From assembly GCA_964057225.1 (NCBI GenBank), contig OZ059899.1, positions 18,042,001 through 18,106,000 on the forward strand: 64,000 nt of DNA. Reading direction: 5' to 3'. Below are positions 53,640 through 64,000 of this stretch, piece by piece. Below the pieces are notes generated by a model. The model did no database searches, was not told where the DNA came from, and saw only the letters and a program-made list of their open reading frames with translations. Both the position numbers and the translations under genes were made by a program. Position 1 is the stretch's first letter. Each line of letters opens with the position of its first letter. The stretch comes from Auanema rhodensis (taxonomy: Eukaryota; Animalia; Nematoda).

Positions 53640-56600
53640 GGTGTGCACTCGGTATGTAACTCGCTTCACGTGAAAGATAAAGAGATGCGGTTTTCAAAAT
53701 TAGATTCCCCATGTCCATATTAGTCTAAAAACAAATTTTTTTTGATATTGGTGCATGGTAACCATGATTTTGAAATTTACGTGAACTTTAATTTATGCTA
53801 ATTAAATGTACACGTGGTGTGCACTTGGTATGTAACTCGCTTCACGTGAAAGATAAAGAGATGCGGTTTTCAAAATTAGATTCCCCATGTCCATATTAGT
53901 CTAAAAACAAATTTTTATTGATATTGGTGCATGGTAACCATGACTTTGAATTTTACGTGAACTTTAATTTATGCTAATTAAACGTACACGTGGTGTGCAC
54001 TCGGTATGTAACTCGCTTCACGTGAAAGATAAAGAGATGCGGTTTTCAAAATTAGATTCCCCATGTCCATATTAGTCTAAAAACAAATTTTTATTGATAT
54101 TGGTGCATGGTAACCATGACTTTGAAATTTACGTGAACTTTAATTTATGCTACATAAATCTACACGTGATGTGCAATTGGTATGTAACTCGCTTCACGTG
54201 AAAGATAAAAAGATGCGGTTTTTAAAATTAGATTCCCCATGTCCATATTAGTCTAAAAACAATTTTTTACTGATATTGGTGCATGGTAACCATGACTTTG
54301 AAATTTACGTGAACTTTAATTTATGCTAATTAAACGTACACGTGGTGTGCACTCGGTATGTAACTCGCTTCACGTGTAAGATAAAGAGATGCGGTTTTCA
54401 AAATTAGATTCCCCATGTCCATATTAGTCTAAAAACAAATTTTTATTGATATTGGTGCATGGTAACCATGACTTTGAATTTTACGTGAACTTTAATTTAT
54501 GCTAATTAAACGTATACGTGGTGTGCACTCGGTATGTAACTCGCTTCACGTGAAAGATAAAGAGATGCGGTTTTCAAAATTAGATTCCCCATGTCCATAT
54601 TAGTCTAAAAACAATTTTTTATTGATATTGGTGCATGGTAACCATGACTTTGAAATTTACGTGAACTTTAATTTATGCTACATAAATCTACACGTGATGT
54701 GCAATTGGTATGTAACTCGCTTCACGTGAAAGATAAAAAGATGCGGTTTTTAAAATTAGATTCCCCATGTCCATATTAGTCTAAAAACAATTTTTTACTG
54801 ATATTGGTGCATGGTAACCATGACTTTGAAATTTACGTGAACTTTAATTTATGCTAATTAAACGTACACGTGGTGTGCACTCGGTATGTAACTCGCTTCA
54901 CGTGTAAGATAAAGAGATGCGGTTTTCAAAATTAGATTCCCCATGTCCATATTAGTCTAAAAACAAATTTTTATTGATATTGGTGCATGGTAACCATGAC
55001 TTTGAATTTTACGTGAACTTTAATTTATGCTAATTAAACGTATACGTGGTGTGCACTCGGTATGTAACTCGCTTCACGTGAAAGATAAAGAGATGCGGTT
55101 TTCAAAATTAGATTCCCCATGTCCATATTAGTCTAAAAACAAATTTTTATTGATATTGGTGCATGGTAACCATGACTTTGAAATTTACGTGAACTTTAAT
55201 TTATGCTACATAAATCTACACGTGATGTGCACTTGGTATGTAACTCGCTTCACGTGAAAGATAAAAAGATGCGGTTTTTAAAATTAGATTCCCCATGTCC
55301 ATATTAGTCTAAAAACAATTTTTTACTGATATTGGTGCATGGTAACCATGACTTTGAAATTTACGTGAACTTTAATTTATGCTAATTAAACGTACACGTG
55401 GTGTGCACTCGGTATGTAACTCGCTTCACGTGTAAGATAAAGAGATGCGGTTTTCAAAATTAGATTCCCCATGTCCATATTAGTCTAAAAACAAATTTTT
55501 ATTGATATTGGTGCATGGTAACCATGACTTTGAAATTTACGTGAACTTTAATTTATGCTAATTAAACGTACACGTGGTGTGCACTCGGTATGTAACTCGC
55601 TTCACGTGTAAGATAAAGAGATGCGGTTTTCAAAATTAGATTCCCCATGTCCATATTAGTCTAAAAACAAATTTTTATTGATATTGGTGCATGGTAACCA
55701 TGATTTTGAAATTTACGTGAACTTTAATTTATGCTAATTAAACGTACACGTGATGTGCACTTGGTATGTAACTCGCTTCACGTGAAAGATAAAGAGATGC
55801 GGTTTTTAAAATTAGATTCCCCATGTCCATATTAGTCTAAAAACAATTTTTTACTGATATTGGTGCATGGTAACCATGATTTTGAAATTTACGTGAACTT
55901 TAATTTATGCTAATTAAACGTACACGTGGTGTGCACTCGGTATGTAACTCGCTTCACGTGAAAGATAAAGAGATGCGGTTCTCAAAATTAGATTCCCCAT
56001 GTCCATATTAGTCTAATAACAAATTTTTATTGATATTGGTGCATGGTAACCATGACTTTGAAATTTACGTGAACTTTAATTTATGCTAATTAAACGTACA
56101 CGTGGTGTGCACTCGGTATGTAACTCGCTTCACGTGAAAGATAAAGAGATGCGGTTTTCAAAATTAGATTCCCCATGTCCATATTAGTCTAAAAACAAAT
56201 TTTTATTGATATTGGTGCATGGTAACCATGACTTTGAAATTTACGTGAACTTTAATTTATGCTAATTAAACGTACACGTGGTGTGCACTCGGTATGTAAC
56301 TCGCTTCACGTGAAAGATAAAGAGATGCGGTTTTCAAAATTAGATTCCCCATGTCCATATTAGTCTAAAAACAAATTTTTTTTGATATTGGTGCATGGTA
56401 ACCATGATTTTGAAATTTACGTGAACTTTAATTTATGCTAATTAAATGTACACGTGGTGTGCACTTGGTATGTAACTCGCTTCACGTGAAATATAAAGAG
56501 ATGCGGTTTTCAAAATTAGATTCCCCATGTCCATATTAGTCTAAAAACAAATTTTTATTGATATTGGTGCATGGTAACCATGACTTTGAAATTTACGTGA

Positions 56601-59600
56601 ACTTTAATTTATGCTAATTAAACGTACACGTGGTGTGCACTCGGTATGTAACTCGCTTCACGTGTAAGATAAAGAGATGCGGTTTTCAAAATTAGATTCC
56701 CCATGTCCATATTAGTCTAAAAACAAATTTTTATTGATATTGGTGCATGGTAACCATGACTTTGAAATTTACGTGAACTTTAATTTATGCTAATTAAACG
56801 TACACGTGGTGTGCACTCGGTATGTAACTCGCTTCACGTGTAAGATAAAGAGATGCGGTTTTCGAAATTAGATTCCCCATGTCCATATTAGTCTAAAAAC
56901 AAATTTTTATTGATATTGGTGCATGGTAACCATGATTTTGAAATTTACGTGAACTTTAATTCATGCTAATTAAATGTACACGTGGTGTGCACTCGGTATG
57001 TAACTCGCTTCACGTGAAAGATAAAGAGATGCAGTTATCAAAATTAGATTCCCCATGTCCATATTAGTCTAAAAACAATTTTTTACTGATATTGGTGCAT
57101 GGTAACCATGATTTTGAAATTTACGTGAACTTTAATTTATGCTAATTAAACGTACACGTGATGTGCACTCGGTATGTAACTCGCTTCACGTGAAAGATAA
57201 AGAGATGCGGTTTTTAAAATTAGATTCCCCATGTCCATATTAGTCTAAAAACAATTTTTTACTGATATTGGTGCATGGTAACCATGATTTTGAAATTTAC
57301 GTGAACTTTAATTTATGCTAATTAAACGTACACGTGGTGTGCACTCGGTATGTAACTCGCTTCACGTGAAAGATAAAGAGATGCGGTTCTCAAAATTAGA
57401 TTCCCCATGTCCATATTAGTCTAATAACAAATTTTTATTGATATTGGTGCATGGTAACCATGACTTTGAAATTTACGTGAACTTTAATTTATGCTAATTA
57501 AACGTACACGTGGTGTGCACTCGGTATGTAAATCGCTTCACGTGAAAGATAAAGAGATGCGGTTTTCAAAATTAGATTCCCCATGTCCATATTAGTCTAA
57601 AAACAAATTTTTATTGATATTGGTGCATGGTAACCATGACTTTGAAATTTACGTGAACTTTAATTTATGCTAATTAAACGTACACGTGGTGTGCACTCGG
57701 TATGTAACTCGCTTCACGTGAAAGATAAAGAGATGCGGTTTTCAAAATTAGATTCCCCATGTCCATATTAGTCTAAAAACAAATTTTTTTTGATATTGGT
57801 GCATGGTAACCATGATTTTGAAATTTACGTGAACTTTAATTTATGCTAATTAAATGTACACGTGGTGTGCACTTGGTATGTAACTCGCTTCACGTGAAAT
57901 ATAAAGAGATGCGGTTTTCAAAATTAGATTCCCCATGTCCATATTAGTCTAAAAACAAATTTTTATTGATATTGGTGCATGGTAACCATGACTTTGAAAT
58001 TTACGTGAACTTTAATTTATGCTAATTAAACGTACACGTGGTGTGCACTCGGTATGTAACTCGCTTCACGTGTAAGATAAAGAGATGCGGTTTTCAAAAT
58101 TAGATTCCCCATGTCCATATTAGTCTAAAAACAAATTTTTATTGATATTGGTGCATGGTAACCATGACTTTGAAATTTACGTGAACTTTAATTTATGCTA
58201 ATTAAACGTACACGTGGTGTGCACTCGGTATGTAACTCGCTTCACGTGTAAGATAAAGAGATGCGGTTTTCGAAATTAGATTCCCCATGTCCATATTAGT
58301 CTAAAAACAAATTTTTATTGATATTGGTGCATGGTAACCATGATTTTGAAATTTACGTGAACTTTAATTCATGCTAATTAAATGTACACGTGGTGTGCAC
58401 TCGGTATGTAACTCGCTTCACGTGAAAGATAAAGAGATGCAGTTATCAAAATTAGATTCCCCATGTCCATATTAGTCTAAAAACAATTTTTTACTGATAT
58501 TGGTGCATGGTAACCATGATTTTGAAATTTACGTGAACTTTAATTTATGCTAATTAAACGTACACGTGATGTGCACTCGGTATGTAACTCGCTTCACGTG
58601 AAAGATAAAGAGATGCGGTTTTTAAAATTAGATTCCCCATGTCCATATTAGTCTAAAAACAATTTTTTACTGATATTGGTGCATGGTAACCATGATTTTG
58701 AAATTTACGTGAACTTTAATTTATGCTAATTAAACGTACACGTGGTGTGCACTCGGTATGTAACTCGCTTCACGTGAAAGATAAAGAGATGCGGTTCTCA
58801 AAATTAGATTCCCCATGTCCATATTAGTCTAAAAACAAATTTTTATTGATATTGGTGCATGGTAACCATGACTTTGAAATTTACGTGAACTTTAATTTAT
58901 GCTAATTAAACGTACACGTGGTGTGCACTCGGTATGTAACTCGCTTCACGTGAAAGATAAAGAGATGCGGTTTTCAAAATTAGATTCCCCATGTCCATAT
59001 TAGTCTAAAAACAAATTTTTATTGATATTGGTGCATGGTAACCATGACTTTGAAATTTACGTGAACTTTAATTTATGCTACATAAATCTACACGTGATGT
59101 GCAATTGGTATGTAACTCGCTTCACGTGAAAGATAAAAAGATGCGGTTTTTAAAATTAGATTCCCCATGTCCATATTAGTCTAAAAACAAATTTTTATTG
59201 ATATTGGTGCATGGTAACCATGACTTTGAATTTTACGTGAACTTTAATTTATGCTAATTAAACGTACACGTGGTGTGCACTCGGTATGTAACTCGCTTCA
59301 CGTGAAAGATAAAGAGATGCGGTTCTCAAAATTAGATTCCCCATGTCCATATTAGTCTAAAAACAAATTTTTATTGATATTGGTGCATGGTAACCATGAC
59401 TTTGAATTTTACGTGAACTTTAATTTATGCTAATTAAACGTACACGTGGTGTGCACTCGGTATGTAACTCGCTTCACGTGAAAGATAAAGAGATGCGGTT
59501 TTCAAAATTAGATTCCCCATGTCCATATTAGTCTAAAAACAAATTTTTATTGATATTGGTGCATGGTAACCATGACTTTGAAATTTACGTGAACTTTAAT

Positions 59601-62600
59601 TTATGCTAATTAAACGTACACGTGGTGTGCACTCGGTATGTAATTCGCTTCACGTGAAAGATAAAGAGATGCGGTTTTCAAAATTAGATTCCCCATGTCC
59701 ATATTAGTCTAAAAACAAATTTTTATTGATATTGGTGCATGGTAACCATGACTTTGAAATTTACGTGAACTTTAATTTATGCTACATAAATCTACACGTG
59801 ATGTGCAATTGGTATGTAACTCGCTTCACGTGAAAGATAAAAAGATGCGGTTTTTAAAATTAGATTCCCCATGTCCATATTAGTCTAAAAACAAATTTTT
59901 ATTGATATTGGTGCATGGTAACCATGACTTTGAATTTTACGTGAACTTTAATTTATGCTAATTAAACGTACACGTGGTGTGCACTCGGTATGTAACTCGC
60001 TTCACGTGAAAGATAAAGAGATGCGGTTCTCAAAATTAGATTCCCCATGTCCATATTAGTCTAAAAACAAATTTTTATTGATATTGGTGCATGGTAACCA
60101 TGACTTTGAATTTTACGTGAACTTTAATTTATGCTAATTAAACGTACACGTGGTGTGCACTCGGTATGTAACTCGCTTCACGTGAAAGATAAAGAGATGC
60201 GGTTTTCAAAATTAGATTCCCCATGTCCATATTAGTCTAAAAACAAATTTTTATTGATATTGGTGCATGGTAACCATGACTTTGAATTTTACGTGAACTT
60301 TAATTTATGCTAATTAAACGTACACGTGGTGTGCACTCGGTATGTAACTCGCTTCACGTGAAAGATAAAGAGATGCGGTTTTCAAAATTAGATTCCCCAT
60401 GTCCATATTAGTCTAAAAACAAATTTTTATTGATATTGGTGCATGGTAACCATGACTTTGAAATTTACGTGAACTTTAATTTATGCTACATAAATCTACA
60501 CGTGGTGTGCACTCGGTATGTAACTCGCTTCACGTGAAAGATAAAGAGATGCGGTTTTCAAAATTAGATTCCCCATGTCCATATTAGTCTAAAAACAAAT
60601 TTTTATTGATATTGGTGCATGGTAACCATGACTTTGAAATTTACGTGAACTTTAATTTATGCTACATAAATCTACACGTGATGTGCAATTGGTATGTAAC
60701 TCGCTTCACGTGAAAGATAAAAAGATGCGGTTTTTAAAATTAGATTCCCCATGTCCATATTAGTCTAAAAACAATTTTTTACTGATATTGGTGCATGGTA
60801 ACCATGACTTTGAAATTTACGTGAACTTTAATTTATGCTAATTAAACGTACACGTGGTGTGCACTCGGTATGTAACTCGCTTCACGTGTAAGATAAAGAG
60901 ATGCGGTTTTCAAAATTAGATTCCCCATGTCCATATTAGTCTAAAAACAAATTTTTATTGATATTGGTGCATGGTAACCATGACTTTGAATTTTACGTGA
61001 ACTTTAATTTATGCTAATTAAACGTATACGTGGTGTGCACTCGGTATGTAACTCGCTTCACGTGAAAGATAAAGAGATGCGGTTTTCAAAATTAGATTCC
61101 CCATGTCCATATTAGTCTAAAAACAAATTTTTATTGATATTGGTGCATGGTAACCATGACTTTGAAATTTACGTGAACTTTAATTTATGCTAATTAAACG
61201 TACACGTGATGTGCACTTGGTATGTAACTCGCTTCACGTGAAAGATAAAAAGATGCGGTTTTTAAAATTAGATTCCCCATGTCCATATTAGTCTAAAAAC
61301 AATTTTTTACTGATATTGGTGCATGGTAACCATGACTTTGAAATTTACGTGAACTTTAATTTATGCTAATTAAACGTACACGTGGTGTGCACTCGGTATG
61401 TAACTCGCTTCACGTGTAAGATAAAGAGATGCGGTTTTCAAAATTAGATTCCCCATGTCCATATTAGTCTAAAAACAAATTTTTATTGATATTGGTGCAT
61501 GGTAACCATGACTTTGAAATTTACGTGAACTTTAATTTATGCTAATTAAACGTACACGTGGTGTGCACTCGGTATGTAACTCGCTTCACGTGTAAGATAA
61601 AGAGATGCGGTTTTCGAAATTAGATTCCCCATGTCAATATTAGTCTAAAAACAAATTTTTATTGATATTGGTGCATGGTAACCATGATTTTGAAATTTAC
61701 GTGAACTTTAATTCATGCTAATTAAATGTACACGTGGTGTGCACTCGGTATGTAACTCGCTTCACGTGAAAGATAAAGAGATGCAGTTATCAAAATTAGA
61801 TTCCCCATGTCCATATTAGTCTAAAAACAATTTTTTACTGATATTGGTGCATGGTAACCATGATTTTGAAATTTACGTGAACTTTAATTTATGCTAATTA
61901 AACGTACACGTGATGTGCACTTGGTATGTAACTCGCTTCACGTGAAAGATAAAGAGATGCGGTTTTTAAAATTAGATTCCCCATGTCCATATTAGTCTAA
62001 AAACAATTTTTTACTGATATTGGTGCATGGTAACCATGATTTTGAAATTTACGTGAACTTTAATTTATGCTAATTAAACGTACACGTGGTGTGCACTCGG
62101 TATGTAACTCGCTTGACGTGAAAGATAAAGAGATGTGGTTCTCAAAATTAGATTCCCCATGTCCATATTAGTCTAAAAACAAATTTTTATTGATATTGGT
62201 GCATGGTAACCATGACTTTGAAATTTACGTGAACTTTAATTTATGCTAATTAAACGTACACGTGGTGTGCACTCGGTATGTAACTCGCTTCACGTGAAAG
62301 ATAAAGAGATGCGGTTTTCAAAATTAGATTCCCCATGTCCATATTAGTCTAAAAACAAATTTTTATTGATATTGGTGCATGGTAACCATGACTTTGAAAT
62401 TTACGTGAACTTTAATTTATGCTAATTAAACGTACACGTGGTGTGCACTCGGTATGTAACTCGCTTCACGTGTAAGATAAAGAGATGCGGTTTTCAAAAT
62501 TAGATTCCCCATGTCCATATTAGTCTAAAAACAAATTTTTATTGATATTGGTGCATGGTAACCATGATTTTGAAATTTACGTGAACTTTAATTTATGCTA

Positions 62601-64000
62601 ATTAAACGTAGACGTGGTGTGCACTCGGTATGTAACTCGCTTCACGTGTAAGATAAAGAGATGCGGTTTTCAAAATTAGATTCCCCATGTCCATATTAGT
62701 CTAAAAACAAATTTTTTTTTGATATTGGTGCATGGTAACCATGACTTTGAAATTTACGTGAACTTTAATTTATGCTAATTAAACGTACACGTGGTGTGCA
62801 CTCGGTATGTAACTCGCTTCACGTGTAAGATAAAGAGATGCGGTTTTCAAAATTAGATTCCCCATGTCCATATTAGTCTAAAAACAAATTTTTATTGATA
62901 TTGGTGCATGGTAACCATGATTTTGAAATTTACGTGAACTTTAATTCATGCTAATTAAATGTACACGTGGTGTGGACTCGGTATGTAACTCGCTTCACGT
63001 GAAAGATAAAGAGATGCAGTTATCAAAATTAGATTCCCCATGTCCATATTAGTCTAAAAACAATTTTTTACTGATATTGGTGCATGGTAACCATGATTTT
63101 GAAATTTACGTGAACTTTAATTTATGCTAATTAAACGTACACGTGATGTGCACTTGGTATGTAACTCGCTTCACGTGAAAGATAAAGAGATGCGGTTTTT
63201 AAAATTAGATTCCCCATGTCCATATTAGTCTAAAAACAATTTTTTACTGATATTGGTGCATGGTAACCATGACTTTGAAATTCACGTGAACTTTAATTTA
63301 TGCAAATTAAACGTACACGTGGTGTGCACTCGGTATGTAACTCGCTTCACGTGTAAGATAAAGAGATGCGGTTATCAAAATTAGATTCCCCATGTCCATA
63401 TTAGTCTAAAAACAAATTTTTATTGATATTGGTGCATGGTAACCATGATTTTGAAATTTACGTGAACTTTAATTCATGCTAATTAAATGTACACGTGGTG
63501 TGCACTCGGTATGTAACTCGCTTCACGTGAAAGATAAAGAGATGCAGTTATCAAAATTAGATTCCCCATGTCCATATTAGTCTAAAAACAATTTTTTACT
63601 GATATTGGTGCATGGTAACCATGATTTTGAAATTTACGTGAACTTTAATTTATGCTAATTAAACGTACACGTGGTGTGCACTCGGTATGTAACTCGCTTC
63701 ACGTGTAAGATAAAGAGATGCGGTTTTCAAAATTAGATTCCCCATGTCCATATTAGTCTAAAAACAAATTTTTATTGATATTGGTGCATGGTAACCATGA
63801 TTTTGAAATTTACGTGAACTTTAATTCATGCTAATTAAATGTACACGTGGTGTGGACTCGGTATGTAACTCGCTTCACGTGAAAGATAAAGAGATGCAGT
63901 TATCAAAATTAGATTCCCCATGTCCATATTAGTCTAAAAACAATTTTTTACTGATATTGGTGCATGGTAACCATGATTTTGAAATTTACGTGAACTTTAA
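53635..64000. repeat. Tandem satellite B, 176-bp monomer, about 59 copies (right block; continues beyond the window)
   Basis: Same monomer, orientation and register as the left block. One 177-bp monomer occurs near 62715. Confidence 0.99.

Noticed and set aside
6427-64000. CRISPR-like or other prokaryotic repeat system associated with a reverse transcriptase
   Set aside because: The repeats are head-to-tail monomers with no unique spacers, no cas genes are present, and the RT is a eukaryotic APE-type LINE RT, not a retron, DGR or group II intron RT.
6427-64000. CpG-methylation decay signature in satellite B (CG to TG/CA variants)
   Set aside because: Non-CpG transitions (GAC/GAT, GGT/GAT, TTC/TTT) are similarly common and variants are not independent, so methylation cannot be inferred by eye.
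1-64000. Telomeric repeats, rRNA/tRNA/5S or spliced-leader genes within the repeat units
   Set aside because: No TTAGGC/TTAGG/TTAGGG arrays and no recognisable RNA-gene motifs were seen. An Rfam/tRNAscan search would be needed to exclude them formally.

Overview
Eukaryotic (probably invertebrate, possibly nematode) heterochromatin-type window with no host genes. Positions 1-6418 hold about 18 copies of an AT-rich 351-bp satellite. It joins abruptly, through a short templated-looking duplication, to a 176-bp satellite array (about 300 monomers, 6427-64000) that is rich in palindromes and CACGTG E-boxes and organised as nested local higher-order duplications. One intact, apparently very young CR1-clade non-LTR retrotransposon (about 4.7 kb, minus strand, 48948-53634) is inserted into a CACGTG of one 176-bp monomer with a 5-bp target-site duplication. 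It carries ORF1 and an overlapping APE-RT ORF2, a 5' array of 18/19-bp GC-rich repeats and no poly(A) tail. Both of its junctions form fold-back inverted repeats with the flanking satellite, and an uninterrupted paralogous 'empty site' lies 2112 bp upstream. All counts and periods were read by eye from diagnostic variants; no searches or alignments were run.
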